From positions 9,250-73,249 of the IMG/VR virus record IMGVR_UViG_3300024239_000132: a stretch of DNA of 64,000 nucleotides. The stretch is one strand, 5' to 3'. This document shows, one piece after another, positions 20,309 to 30,627 of this stretch. A model generated the notes under the pieces. The model searched no databases, was not told the DNA's origin, and saw nothing but the letters and a program-made list of their open reading frames with translations. This DNA is from a virus. The translations under genes were made by a program, and so were the position numbers. Numbering within the stretch: position 1 is the first letter of the stretch; every line of letters begins with the position of its first letter.

Positions 20309-20767
20309 TTATGCGGCGCGATAAATTCTGTTTATCGTTGAGATACTCACACCATACTCGGATGCAAGATATCGCGTCTTTTCACCGCTCTGTTTCCGGC
20401 GAATTATTTCGTCTGCTTGTGCAGTTGTGATTTTCAGTTTGCAAGTGATCCTGCCACTGGATCTTCCAACAACAGCAATCATGTTTGCACGCCGAGTTAC
20501 CACTAAGCATGTATCAGGCGAGTAAAGCTTGCTGCCAGGGACCTTGATGTCCTTGTCAACTTGCATTCCCGGCTTCCACCCCTGGGCTAAGCACCAGTTG
20601 ATGTAGGCTACGGGATCTTCTCGCCATTCATCACAGACGGTGACACCTTTGGCGCCGTACCAAGGGTATCGGCTATCGCTGGGCACATGGCACCTACGCA
20701 CCATGTCCTGCCAGCGGCTGTACAGGGGATGCTTTGACATCCCATGTTCAACTCGTTGCTTACGCAC
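20309..20767 (-). CDS. HNH-type homing endonuclease with C-terminal HTH
   Basis: HGMSKHPLYSRWQDMVRRC...YGAKGVTVCDEW...YSPDTC; inserted between ATPase and SSB genes. Confidence 0.7.
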   Translation of the reverse strand: MRKQRVEHGMSKHPLYSRWQDMVRRCHVPSDSRYPWYGAKGVTVCDEWREDPVAYINWCLAQGWKPGMQVDKDIKVPGSKLYSPDTCLVVTRRANMIAVVGRSSGRITCKLKITTAQADEIIRRKQSGEKTRYLASEYGVSISTINRIYRAA

Positions 20768-21506
20768 GGTAGAACTCGGTCAAGTGATCGAGCAGCAGCT
20801 GTACGCAGTTGTCCATGTAGGTCTGGCTCTTGGAGAACATTCCCATCGGAGAACGAATACGGGTTCCGATTGTCTTTTCAGTCAACCGGGTCTGGAAGAC
20901 GTACTTGAACCCAAGATCCTGCTCATCTTCGGAGACATGAAGCAGTGTTTCGTCGTACTTGGGCAGATCTTTTACAGGGATCTTCGTAGCTTCCACCACG
21001 GTGGAGAAGTAAGCTTCCACACCCTGGTTCTTGAGGGCACCCTTGATAGGTACCGAACGCTTCATTTCCATGGCTTTTTCATCATACACATCGAGAACGT
21101 GTGCAATGATGACCACAGGCTTGCCGAACTTGACCAGCTTGACCTGGATCAGTTCTTTCCAGAACTGGGCGTAGTTGCTCCAGCCCTTCATGGTGTCAGC
21201 AGTGCCGAGAACGTACTGGCTCTCGAACATGTCCATCATGAAGGTCGAGCTATCGATGATGATGCCATCGAGATCATCTCGGTTCTCGATGGCTTGGTCC
21301 ACGTACTCATGAACTTGCCATGGGTCGGTGATCCGAACATTCATGAAGCTGTTCCGGAAAGGCAGACGCTTGCCTGCCTCAGTATTGATGTAGAGCCAGC
21401 GATCCTGGTTCCGGATGTTGCGGAGCGATGCCGACTTACCTGCACCTGATACTCCGCCAACCAGTACCAGCTGATCGTTGACTTCAATGTCCTGTTCGTC
21501 GCTCAT
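20760..21506 (-). CDS. AAA ATPase (N4 gp44-like, Sak4-like)
   Basis: Walker A GVSGAGKS, Walker B IIIDS, RIRSPMGMF. Confidence 0.85.
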   Translation of the reverse strand: MSDEQDIEVNDQLVLVGGVSGAGKSASLRNIRNQDRWLYINTEAGKRLPFRNSFMNVRITDPWQVHEYVDQAIENRDDLDGIIIDSSTFMMDMFESQYVLGTADTMKGWSNYAQFWKELIQVKLVKFGKPVVIIAHVLDVYDEKAMEMKRSVPIKGALKNQGVEAYFSTVVEATKIPVKDLPKYDETLLHVSEDEQDLGFKYVFQTRLTEKTIGTRIRSPMGMFSKSQTYMDNCVQLLLDHLTEFYRA

Positions 21507-21597
21507 GGCGATTGTAATTCCTTAATTTGCGACAGCTTCGGCCAGCATTCCTGAACCCCAAGAAAGGGCTGACCGAAGCTGTTGCGGGGGTGACCGG

Positions 21598-23790
21598 TTA
21601 GGCCGCTGCCTTCGAATACCGCTTGGCCACGGTGACCATGACGGTGCTGTCCAGTTCCTCTTCCGTCAGGGGAGTGTTCAGCTTGGCATTGAAGGCATGC
21701 ACTTGCTTCTGGACCGTGATGAGGTCCATGCCGCTATCAACCAGAGCCAAGGCGAACTTGATCATCTGGTTGTTGCGGTTGCCTTGAGCGATGCTCTGGG
21801 CGAACCAGCGCTCAAGGTTATCGAGGCTTCCCAGCTCCTGGTTCTTCTTGAGGTACTCCTCATTCCCCTTTGTCTTGGGAATGAAGGGCAGAGCATCGAG
21901 GAGCTTGCCATCATTGTAGTGATAGGCACAGTTGGGATTGGTAAGCCACTTCTTCGAACGCTGCTTGGCAGCTTCGTCCGTCTTGAATGGCAACCATTCG
22001 AGCACGGAATCCATGAATTCCTTGTACTCGGTCTTGTCCATTTCGAGCCGGTAGTTGATCGGCAATACGAGACGGAAGCGATCGACAGCAGGCGTAGGAT
22101 TGCCATCCTTGTCCTTGCCGGCGATCTGGTGACGCTTCGTGGTATAGGTGAAGAACTTGTAGTCCTTCAGCAGGTCGTGGACCATTGCCATGGTGATCCC
22201 GTCCTCACCGTCGCAATCAACGACGATGGTATCGAAGCCGGGAATGACGTTATCATCGGAACGGTGACCACCCTTGAAGTGGTGGTTGGCCCAATGCATA
22301 TCATCCTGCTGAGCCAGGATGTGAAGCTTGTCGAACGGTGCTCTCTCGGCCTCATAGCCATAGGCAAAGTTGTCCGAGTAGCTGACCGTGAGGCTGTCGA
22401 TATCAGTTTCCTTGAGGGTCTCCCCCTTGAAGAACTCGATACCGTCGACGAACGTCTTCTTGATGATGATGTGGTTCTTGTGTCCCCATGCTGTTGCCAG
22501 CGTCATCATCTCATTCCGTCGGGCATTGGAGCCAGAATAGAACGGAAGCGTCTCCACGAGATCCGACTGTGTGACCTCAGTGCCTACCTCGGCAATGTAC
22601 CGAGCCAGGCGAACATAGGACTTCTCACGGTTGAGAATTCGCTGGAAGCCTCTGCCAGACTCCTCGACCAGAAGAATGGCCGAAAGCAGATGCTCCATCT
22701 CGACTTCACTGGATTCATCGACGAACGCCAGAGCCCCAGCAATCTTGAGCACCTTGAAATAGCGGTGGCTCATCTCTGCCTTACGGATTTCGTCGTGCTG
22801 ACCCATCTTCTCAGCTTCACGTTCGCACTGAAGCTTGTAGGTGATCAGCTTGATGGCAACGTCATCCTCGACGGTCATTCGCCAGGCAAACTTGGCTGGA
22901 TCAGCCAGCTTGTGGAAATGGGCTGACCACTTGTTGATGGAAGCGTCGTTAGAGGGCTGGATCAGCTTGGCATAGATCAGTGCCGGATCTGTCTCTTCTG
23001 TTGCAGTGGCACGGCTTTCACCATGGCCGAACAGGCAGCGACGAGCATAACCGGTCTCCATGAATGACCAGAATTGGTCCTCGGTGGAGCCACCGTCGAG
23101 CAGCTTTGAAGGGGCGCCGAACAGCAGCATGTTGGCTGGCGTCTTGCCATCCACATCTTCGCCACGCTGGTTCTCAGCGTTCTGCTTGGTGAGCTTGAGC
23201 TTGGTCTTGCCCTGATCGAACAGTTCCAGGAACACGGTCAGGACCTCGGTCGAGTTAATCAGGTTGAGTCCGATCTCATCGACTTGGAAGTTGATGGCCC
23301 CTGCACCGCTCATAAGCAGCTTCTGACGCAGCTGCTTGACGGCCGGAGTTGTGCCGGAGTCGAACGTGAACGGATAAGGCCCCAGTCCCTGATAGGACTT
23401 CTCAGCCTTATTGAACTCTTCCTGTGGATCAGTTCCATTGTGGCCGGCACGGCGATTGGCAATCTTCCACAGCTCGTTTTCCGTGATGTGAGGAAGCGTG
23501 TTATCCATGAACCGACGGCGGAATGGGGCGAGGAATTCCTCTTCCATGATGCCGATCGAATGACCCTTGCCGAAGCCTGAGGTGGCCAGCAGTAGAGCAT
23601 AGAGATTGACCGGGATTTCACCGCGGTCTTTCGTAGCGATGACAGCCCGCATCGAGGCAGCCATCTTGGCAAGGAAATAGGCGACCTCAACACGAAAGAA
23701 GCTGAGGTCCTTGTTCTGGGTCTTGTTTGCGAGGACTTCTGAAATTTCCTCAATGGCCGGGTGATGGGTCACCCCCGTTAAATCGATCAT
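21598..23790 (-). CDS. DNA primase-related protein (N4 gp43-like)
   Basis: SGFGKG P-loop-like motif, DEIG, DCD, YTTKRH, C-terminal GNRNNQM (PriCT-like); likely start MIDLTG. Confidence 0.85.
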   Translation of the reverse strand: MIDLTGVTHHPAIEEISEVLANKTQNKDLSFFRVEVAYFLAKMAASMRAVIATKDRGEIPVNLYALLLATSGFGKGHSIGIMEEEFLAPFRRRFMDNTLPHITENELWKIANRRAGHNGTDPQEEFNKAEKSYQGLGPYPFTFDSGTTPAVKQLRQKLLMSGAGAINFQVDEIGLNLINSTEVLTVFLELFDQGKTKLKLTKQNAENQRGEDVDGKTPANMLLFGAPSKLLDGGSTEDQFWSFMETGYARRCLFGHGESRATATEETDPALIYAKLIQPSNDASINKWSAHFHKLADPAKFAWRMTVEDDVAIKLITYKLQCEREAEKMGQHDEIRKAEMSHRYFKVLKIAGALAFVDESSEVEMEHLLSAILLVEESGRGFQRILNREKSYVRLARYIAEVGTEVTQSDLVETLPFYSGSNARRNEMMTLATAWGHKNHIIIKKTFVDGIEFFKGETLKETDIDSLTVSYSDNFAYGYEAERAPFDKLHILAQQDDMHWANHHFKGGHRSDDNVIPGFDTIVVDCDGEDGITMAMVHDLLKDYKFFTYTTKRHQIAGKDKDGNPTPAVDRFRLVLPINYRLEMDKTEYKEFMDSVLEWLPFKTDEAAKQRSKKWLTNPNCAYHYNDGKLLDALPFIPKTKGNEEYLKKNQELGSLDNLERWFAQSIAQGNRNNQMIKFALALVDSGMDLITVQKQVHAFNAKLNTPLTEEELDSTVMVTVAKRYSKAAA

Positions 23791-23859
23791 GCTCACCCCC
23801 GTGAGATGTTGATGGGAAAGCAGCTGGGAGTATTTCATCCCAGCCACCAATGGCTCAGA

Positions 23860-24903
23860 TCAGGAGCTGAAGATGGCACCCAGCAAATCGTTGCTGAGTT
23901 CCGTTGCTCCTGGTTCAAGACCGAGCCTGTCTTTCTGCGTGCAAGCGTGAAAAGCGGGGCAATAAGCACACGCCTTGGGCTCACCTGGAACGGTGACGAT
24001 CACGCCCTTACCGCCCTTTTCGGCCTGGAACTTGCGAGCCTCGTTGAGATCATCGAAGTTCTTGGTCGAACGGGCATTGGGATCCTTGGCTTTCGCTGGA
24101 TCGGAGAAGAACTTGAATTTGGGCAATGAGCGCCAGAGTTCTTCGTCTGTGCATTCCGGTATCTCGGATTCCGGTGCATCCTTGTAGCGTTCGATCAGGA
24201 GCAGCCGGCTACGAATCCAGCTCTCTGTCTCCTTCTCGGAAGTTAGAGGAATGTCCTTGTACTCTACACGCTTCTGAGGATAGGCCGGGTTCGTCTTCAC
24301 CATAGACTTCTGCCAGTCAGTGAAGATGAAATTGATCCGGATGTAATCCTCTTCGATCTTGTCCTTGTGGAGCCAGCGGTAGATGCTTCCCTGACGGGAA
24401 TAATCATCATCTTTGGTTCCCTTGATCCAGGACCAGACAGAGGTAGACTTGAAGTCCTGAACGATGCCTTCGGCAACCATGTCGAACTTGCCACCGATGG
24501 TGTAGGTGGTGCCGTTCACATCAACTTCCCGGAAACCTCGTTGCTCGAAGTAAACCGGGATGATGTCGTTGCTGGCTCGAAGCTGTTCAGGAGACGGATT
24601 GACGACGATCCGCTCGATGATCTCCTTGGAATACCCCAGGAGCTTGAGCGGTGTTTCCTTGCCGTTGACCCAGGCATGCTCAATAGCCGTGTGGATGGCA
24701 TGTCCCAGTGCCCGAGCAATATACTCGGACACATCTGGAGCCTGCTTTTCCTTGGGTACCCGCTTTGACAGGATGAGCTGTCGAACAGGTTTCATCAGCG
24801 AGGTAGCCGAGACGTAGTTCGGCTTGTCGACGTAATCGTATTCGTCGTGCAGAAGCCAAACTGCGATCGGCAAGCTGATGTCAAGATTATTGGAGACTCT
24901 CAT
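23860..24903 (-). CDS. PD-(D/E)XK exonuclease (N4 gp42-like)
   Basis: SATSL, GHAIH, GKFD, DFKSTS and C-terminal CxYCxxxxxC. Confidence 0.8.
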   Translation of the reverse strand: MRVSNNLDISLPIAVWLLHDEYDYVDKPNYVSATSLMKPVRQLILSKRVPKEKQAPDVSEYIARALGHAIHTAIEHAWVNGKETPLKLLGYSKEIIERIVVNPSPEQLRASNDIIPVYFEQRGFREVDVNGTTYTIGGKFDMVAEGIVQDFKSTSVWSWIKGTKDDDYSRQGSIYRWLHKDKIEEDYIRINFIFTDWQKSMVKTNPAYPQKRVEYKDIPLTSEKETESWIRSRLLLIERYKDAPESEIPECTDEELWRSLPKFKFFSDPAKAKDPNARSTKNFDDLNEARKFQAEKGGKGVIVTVPGEPKACAYCPAFHACTQKDRLGLEPGATELSNDLLGAIFSS

Positions 24904-25331
24904 TTGAGTTTGGCTCCTCTCCAGACGACACGCTGACCTTCGATGAGTTCCTTTGCCGACTGTTGGAGCTCTTCGAGAAGCTCGGGGTCGGTGAGAATGG
25001 TAGCTCCAGTTGACGGGAGTCCTCCTGTCGGGAGACCGGGGAGTGATTGTGATTCATGTTCCTGATCCTTCAGGATCCGGTCAGCCACGAGTTTGGTGTA
25101 GCCAACAATGTCGTGCCAGCTGTCGTGGTAGTTTGGATCCCCATTGAGGATGCGGCCCATCTTGTGAGCCAGCATTCCCAGGGATTCCTTCATATCGTCT
25201 GCGAGAGAATCCCAGTTGCGACCAAGCATCATCGCACGCTTGATAGCCTGCGTGATCTTTGCATGGTCGGTGAACTCACCGTAACGGGTTCCCCGTTCAG
25301 CGAGAGTGGCGTCAATATCAGCCGGCTGCAT
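24900..25331 (-). CDS. DUF6378-like protein (nucleotide-modification-associated / dNTP hydrolase-like)
   Basis: TLAERGTRYGEF...KMGRILNGDPNYHDSWHDIVGY. Confidence 0.7.
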   Translation of the reverse strand: MQPADIDATLAERGTRYGEFTDHAKITQAIKRAMMLGRNWDSLADDMKESLGMLAHKMGRILNGDPNYHDSWHDIVGYTKLVADRILKDQEHESQSLPGLPTGGLPSTGATILTDPELLEELQQSAKELIEGQRVVWRGAKLK

Positions 25332-25623
25332 TCTGGAGTTCCCCAACGCCTTCCATGAACTTGGCCTGGGTCATGACACCAAGGTAGCTCACCGAGATGA
25401 TGAAGACATCGTGGACCTGGGTGTTGGGGTTGCCGATACGCTCGAACAGACGCATCTGGATACCCTGCTGAGCCATGCCGATGTGCTTGGCCGTGACGTT
25501 GCGACCATCACCAGTAAGCGTGGTGTTGATGTTCATCTGCTCGATCTCTTCGGATCCCTCACGGGTGAAGATGACCATGCCCGACACCAGATGATAGTGC
25601 TGGGGCTTGTTTGTTTTGGACAT
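25318..25623 (-). CDS. Conserved hypothetical protein
   Basis: RBS AGGAG; DVFIISVSYLGVMT motif; follows DNA polymerase. Confidence 0.65.
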   Translation of the reverse strand: MSKTNKPQHYHLVSGMVIFTREGSEEIEQMNINTTLTGDGRNVTAKHIGMAQQGIQMRLFERIGNPNTQVHDVFIISVSYLGVMTQAKFMEGVGELQNAAG

Positions 25624-25709
25624 GCATGTCTCCTGTGCCGGAAGACAGAGGTCAACCGGGGTATTGGAACCAGAAAAAGGAATGACAGTGGGTGGCTGCT
25701 AACCTTAGG

Positions 25710-28439
25710 TCAGGCAGCCAATCCCGTCTGCTTGGTTACGTGGTCTTCGATGACATTGAGAATGTCTGCCTCTGTTGCTCCGTTGGGGAGCGTTATCTCT
25801 GTCGTCCAGTTGGGGTAGAAGAGACCCAAACTTCCCCCGAGTTTCACCTGTGGGTGGTAAATCTCAGGATGGTTTTGCCATTTGACGGCATCAACTAGAT
25901 GAGTGTTGGCATAGACAATAACTTTAATGTCGTCCTTCATCAAGAAATATCCTGCGTCATGAATTTGAGCACAGGGTTTTATCGACAGTCTGTGAACACT
26001 CTTTCGAACTTTGCCCATAAACTCTGAGCCAGCACGGGAATTGAGCAGACACCAGCTTTGTCCAAGGGCATTGCCAGCAGTCCTCCCCTCAGCTTCAGCA
26101 GCTTGTGGGGTGGCCTTGGCTCCACGGATAACCTGAGCCAGCAGAGGTGTGCGAAGTCTCAGACCAAAAGCGATGGTGATGTATCCATCCTTGGTGGCCT
26201 GATCGAGCTTGTCCGAGACCCATTGATCACTGACTGCGTAAAGCTCGTGATACCTCGCCTCGATGGTTTTGGCCTTTTCTTCCGAGAAACCACAATTCTT
26301 GACGAGTGTGGACCACGTTCCCTGATAGGTCAGGGCAAAGGTTGGTGCCTTTGAATCCTGACGTTCAGCAGGATATTTGGATGCGATCGAGTTGACGCTT
26401 TCGACAGAGTTAGGGTCGATACCCGTCATGCTCTCACCGAAGTAGGATAAAGCACGAAGGCAATGGCCGTCGAACCCGTCAGTATAGACACGTAATTTGG
26501 CAGGATCCTTGGTGGTCAGGGCCGAGATACGATCCTCAAGAGAATCGAAATCGAGTCCTGCAAAGATCCAGCCATCGGGTGCCTCGAAACAGCTCTTGAT
26601 GAGCTTGCCCAGGCTGAGCTTGTTGCCTTTCATGTATGGCGCCAGAACGGTTCCATAGAGCTTCATGAGGTACTCGGAGATGACCATCATTACATTGGCC
26701 GGCAAGTTCTGGAGATTGGGTCCAGACGAGCTTAGACGGCCACTCTTAGTTCCCCCAAGATTGAAGTTACCAAAGAGGTAATGCCAACCATCTCTTCCCT
26801 GTTGAGCATTCTTCAGGGATGGGATGAAGTCGGTGATGATCTTGTTGACCGCCTTGAAGTCGATCAGTGCTCCAAGGAATTCCAAGGTATCTGCGTCTTT
26901 GGTGTGGTTCCTCAGATTCTTCAGGGTGTCGCCGTCTGTCGACGGCTGCCCCGCATCGGTCAGACCCAGGACAGGCAATTCCAGCACCTCGAACAAGAGT
27001 TCTTGTAGCTGGGGGTTGGAGTTCGGATTGAACTCTACGGCCTGGGTCTCATCATCCTCGAAAGAGATCTGCTTCTTTTTCAGAGCCTCGTTACGCTTGG
27101 CTACGTGCTTGTGGCGCAGCAGATGGTTGTAGTGCTGGATGACCTTGGAATGACCCAAGGTCTGGAGTGCTGAACCCTCGATGGCATTGAGGATCTGTTC
27201 GACCTTCAGGACCTGGTTCATGTTCACCGGCATGCCAGTGAGCTGCATCTGGATGATATCCACCATGGCAGGCTGAAACAGGTCCCGGTAAACCGGGAGC
27301 TGCTGGTCTGCTACGAGAGTGTCCCAGTGCTTTTCATAGACGTGCCAGGTGCATAGGCTGTCGACTAGATTGTACTTGAGCAGCTCAGGTTGCGGAATCC
27401 GACGGATGTCCTTGATTTCATCCTGAGCATAGTTGCCCGCAAAGTCCTGAGCCTGATCTTTCAGGCTCAGCTTATTGCCAGCACATGAGTTGGTTGCGAG
27501 GTAGGTTATGAGCTTGGTGCAATCCCAGCCACCACTCTCGCCCAACATGATGTCCATGCCATAGAGCAGACCTTCCTGATCCAGGAGATGCTCCATAAAA
27601 AGCTGATAGATCAGGACGTAAACGTCATAGCCGATGTTGTGCCACTTGAACTCAATGCCGAGCTCACGGGCCACGATGAAGAATTCCTTCAACATTGCCC
27701 GACGGTAAGCATGGGGGACCTGAATGCCGTATAGGCCCAGCCCATTCTTCTGGTTCGGATCAGCGGGATCGATCGGCAAATAATCTACCGGAAAAGCAAT
27801 GCCTTCATGCTTGGACCAGGCAAACGAGATGGTGCCGATGCCAGCATCATAGTGCTTGAGGCTGAATGCCTCGATATCCGCGGTCAGGGGCTTGCCCTGT
27901 TCTAACAGCTTGCGAAGCCACTGTTCGATGCCTTTGTCTGTAGTGGGGTAGGCAGCGAACTTGATGATGTTCTGGCCAGGTACCTTGTAACCACCGGCAA
28001 TGTGATCGATCAGGGCATTCATTCCTGCGGCGATCTTGGCTGTCCCTGCCTCGGGATCATAGAATACCGCGGCATAGTTGGGCACATAGACAACCTTGAA
28101 GTCACCCAGAGCACAATCCACGACGTAGCCGAGATTGGCTTCCACTTTGGGAAGCTTGGTTAGGACCTTGAAATAGTCAGCGTCTGCAACCAGCAGGTAT
28201 TTGGTGCCCAGATCCGTCAGGGTTGGTTCGAGCTCTTCGGCAAACCATGCCTTGATTTCTCCGGCCGACGGCTTCTTTTTACCTTCGGACTTGAAGGTCT
28301 CCACCACGAGAAGGTCATTCTCATTAAATGGGTATGGATCGGTGTAGTGCTTGCGAATGTCGTCCTTGCGAATCTTGGGAACCAGTAGGACCACAGGATA
28401 GTGGGTGAGTTCGGGATCTGCGAACGACAGGTAACGCAT
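25710..28439 (-). CDS. Family A DNA polymerase (N4 gp39-like)
   Basis: Exonuclease DIE, GTKSGRLSSSGPNLQN, DFDSLE, RQDSKAPTFALTYQG and QIHDA. Confidence 0.95.
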   Translation of the reverse strand: MRYLSFADPELTHYPVVLLVPKIRKDDIRKHYTDPYPFNENDLLVVETFKSEGKKKPSAGEIKAWFAEELEPTLTDLGTKYLLVADADYFKVLTKLPKVEANLGYVVDCALGDFKVVYVPNYAAVFYDPEAGTAKIAAGMNALIDHIAGGYKVPGQNIIKFAAYPTTDKGIEQWLRKLLEQGKPLTADIEAFSLKHYDAGIGTISFAWSKHEGIAFPVDYLPIDPADPNQKNGLGLYGIQVPHAYRRAMLKEFFIVARELGIEFKWHNIGYDVYVLIYQLFMEHLLDQEGLLYGMDIMLGESGGWDCTKLITYLATNSCAGNKLSLKDQAQDFAGNYAQDEIKDIRRIPQPELLKYNLVDSLCTWHVYEKHWDTLVADQQLPVYRDLFQPAMVDIIQMQLTGMPVNMNQVLKVEQILNAIEGSALQTLGHSKVIQHYNHLLRHKHVAKRNEALKKKQISFEDDETQAVEFNPNSNPQLQELLFEVLELPVLGLTDAGQPSTDGDTLKNLRNHTKDADTLEFLGALIDFKAVNKIITDFIPSLKNAQQGRDGWHYLFGNFNLGGTKSGRLSSSGPNLQNLPANVMMVISEYLMKLYGTVLAPYMKGNKLSLGKLIKSCFEAPDGWIFAGLDFDSLEDRISALTTKDPAKLRVYTDGFDGHCLRALSYFGESMTGIDPNSVESVNSIASKYPAERQDSKAPTFALTYQGTWSTLVKNCGFSEEKAKTIEARYHELYAVSDQWVSDKLDQATKDGYITIAFGLRLRTPLLAQVIRGAKATPQAAEAEGRTAGNALGQSWCLLNSRAGSEFMGKVRKSVHRLSIKPCAQIHDAGYFLMKDDIKVIVYANTHLVDAVKWQNHPEIYHPQVKLGGSLGLFYPNWTTEITLPNGATEADILNVIEDHVTKQTGLAA

Positions 28440-28774
28440 CAGTCTTGGGCCTTTTTAATGCGATCAATTACGAGGGCAGCTTCAAACAACGCAGTATCTA
28501 AAGCTATCAGGTGACGGTCTTTGCCGTGCTCTAAAAAGTTAACGGCAGCCGTGTGTAATGCCTCTAACAGTGCGATTAGAACTGGAGCCTCAGCCATCAT
28601 TGCTGCGAGTTTTTGAGGATCGTACCCAGCACTTATGCAGCCGTGAAAATTGGTGATTGCCACACACATTGTGGGCTGGGTTTCAGGTACACGGGCGGAA
28701 GCACCAACAGCCCAGTCCCACCTTCCATGAGCTACATCCCCATATTTGTAGGGGAAGAGTGGCTTCTGCTTCAT
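28439..28774 (-). CDS. Hypothetical protein
   Basis: Stop and start overlaps with both neighbours. Confidence 0.6.
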   Translation of the reverse strand: MKQKPLFPYKYGDVAHGRWDWAVGASARVPETQPTMCVAITNFHGCISAGYDPQKLAAMMAEAPVLIALLEALHTAAVNFLEHGKDRHLIALDTALFEAALVIDRIKKAQD

Positions 28775-29256
28775 CAGTAAATCAGCCTTACTGCTGTGAA
28801 GAATTCCAGCTTGGGAATGATCTTCAGATATTGGCGGTATGCCCTGCTTCCTGGTTCGATATTCCAGGCTTCAGGGCGAGTTCTTGGCAGCTTGATCCAA
28901 TCATAATCGACACATTGGATCAGGCATTCTGGCAGGGCGTCTCTCAGGTCTTGAGTGGTCTGACTGTTCTGAACCAGTGGCAGGAGACCCTGCTTGATCA
29001 GTTGAATGTCATCAGACACCTGCTTGTGGCTGAGCCTGAGGGCCTCACCTTCCTCTTCGAGTGAGGGGTCCAAGGCAGGCCAGAGACTTCTTTTGGGTGC
29101 CTGAGAGTGCTTGAGCAGATATCCTCTGTGCAGCACTCCCAGAGCAGTGTTGTTGGCAGTCTTTTGGTTGAGGATAACCAAACGATCTATCGCGGCTTGA
29201 ATCCTTCGGGCTTCGCCTCGAGAAATGGATTCGAGCATGGCATCGAGAAGAACCAT
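28774..29256 (-). CDS. N4 gp38-like protein
   Basis: QDLRDALPECL...LPRTRPEAW; between helicase and polymerase. Confidence 0.65.
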   Translation of the reverse strand: MVLLDAMLESISRGEARRIQAAIDRLVILNQKTANNTALGVLHRGYLLKHSQAPKRSLWPALDPSLEEEGEALRLSHKQVSDDIQLIKQGLLPLVQNSQTTQDLRDALPECLIQCVDYDWIKLPRTRPEAWNIEPGSRAYRQYLKIIPKLEFFTAVRLIY

Positions 29257-29265
29257 GACGGTCTC

Positions 29266-30561
29266 CTAAAAGTGAAGACCTCCGTATTTGTCAGCGAGAT
29301 GCCCGTAGAGGAATATACGATGTCTTGGCCGGCTGAGAGCCACGTACAACATACGGGCTACCATGTTCGGATTGGGGCATGTGCTGATGTTTCCGAGATC
29401 CACAAACACGGAATCGTAGGTAGAACCTTGCGACTTGTGGACCGTGCTGGAATCCAGTGGGCGGAGATCGGGGAATGTCCCCTTGAGGTTGAAATATTCG
29501 GGCCACTGCTTCTTGCGCTGATAGTGCTTGACCAGCTTGTTGAAGTGGTCCCGGTCGACAGGGATAGGAACTTTTTCGACGTAACCACCACTGCTCATAC
29601 CGAGTGTGGCATAAACAACTTCGAGTTTGGTTCCTGCCGTATCGACTTCGATGAAGGTTGACCTGGGTGCCAGCTCAATGACCTCGAGCTCTTGCTCGAT
29701 CGAGATCCTTTTCTTGCCGATGTTGACCATGGAGTTGCTGACCAGCAGCTCTCCGACGGTGTACTCATCGGGCAGGTGACGCAGGCTACGAATGTGATCG
29801 TTGAACTGGTTCACCCGGGCGTTGGTATATGAAAGGATCTTGGACGCCTTGGTTTGCTGGGCAAAGGTCTGATCGATCATGCTCTGCATCTGATCATCGT
29901 CGAGCCAGTCGATGACACCAGGCTTGATCTCGATCGGATAGAATTCGTGGTTCTCAACCTGATACCGGAGCTGTTCGTGCAGAGCCTTGAACTCAGGAAC
30001 ACTGGTTCGCATCTGTTCGGTCAGCTCATAGGTGCGGATATTGAGCTTATCGACTGGACAGATAGCTTCGGTGACCGGGCTGAGCTGGCAATGATCTCCG
30101 ACGTAGATAATCTTGCAGTCGATGGCAGCATCACGGACAGCATTGAGCATGCCGGTATCCATCATGGTGTACTCGTCGACGAAGATGATCTTCTTCTCGT
30201 GAGGCTTCCAGTCGTTGCGACGGGTAAGCTTGGTTTCGCCCGTGCTGTAATCTTCTGTGACCTTGAGACACAGCAGAGAAGCGAGAGTCGAGGTAGGACG
30301 TTGAGTAGCAATAGCCAGTACCTCGGCTGCCTTGTTGGTTGTGGCAGTCATGTGGACGCCATCGTACTTGGGCTCGATGCCCATGATGCCACAGAGCTCG
30401 AAGTACCGCGGCATGATCTTATCGATCATGTTGCTCATGAGATGGGTCTTACCGGTGCCACCGGGACCCGAGACTTTCATCTCTCTCTCATTGTCAGCCA
30501 GCAGGAATTCCAGAAACCCTTCAGCCGCAGCGGTTTGTCCCTGGTTCAGGGTTGATGTCAT
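29266..30561 (-). CDS. Dda/RecD-like SF1 helicase (N4 gp37-like)
   Basis: GPGGTGKT, FVDE, GDHCQL, TVHKSQGSTY, YVALSR. Confidence 0.92.
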   Translation of the reverse strand: MTSTLNQGQTAAAEGFLEFLLADNEREMKVSGPGGTGKTHLMSNMIDKIMPRYFELCGIMGIEPKYDGVHMTATTNKAAEVLAIATQRPTSTLASLLCLKVTEDYSTGETKLTRRNDWKPHEKKIIFVDEYTMMDTGMLNAVRDAAIDCKIIYVGDHCQLSPVTEAICPVDKLNIRTYELTEQMRTSVPEFKALHEQLRYQVENHEFYPIEIKPGVIDWLDDDQMQSMIDQTFAQQTKASKILSYTNARVNQFNDHIRSLRHLPDEYTVGELLVSNSMVNIGKKRISIEQELEVIELAPRSTFIEVDTAGTKLEVVYATLGMSSGGYVEKVPIPVDRDHFNKLVKHYQRKKQWPEYFNLKGTFPDLRPLDSSTVHKSQGSTYDSVFVDLGNISTCPNPNMVARMLYVALSRPRHRIFLYGHLADKYGGLHF

Positions 30562-30587
30562 TTAGATTTCCTCAGGGATGGTTGTGG

Positions 30588-30621
30588 GAGCCAGGGAAAG
30601 AAGGAGGACTTTCCCTGGCTC
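30588..30621. other. Perfect 13-bp inverted repeat upstream of helicase
   Basis: GAGCCAGGGAAAG-AAGGAGGA-CTTTCCCTGGCTC. Confidence 0.7.
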
Positions 30622-30627
30622 GACCAC

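Noticed and set aside
23860-24903. Cas4 / CRISPR system
   Set aside because: Conserved N4 gp42-type exonuclease; no repeat-spacer array or other cas genes seen in the window
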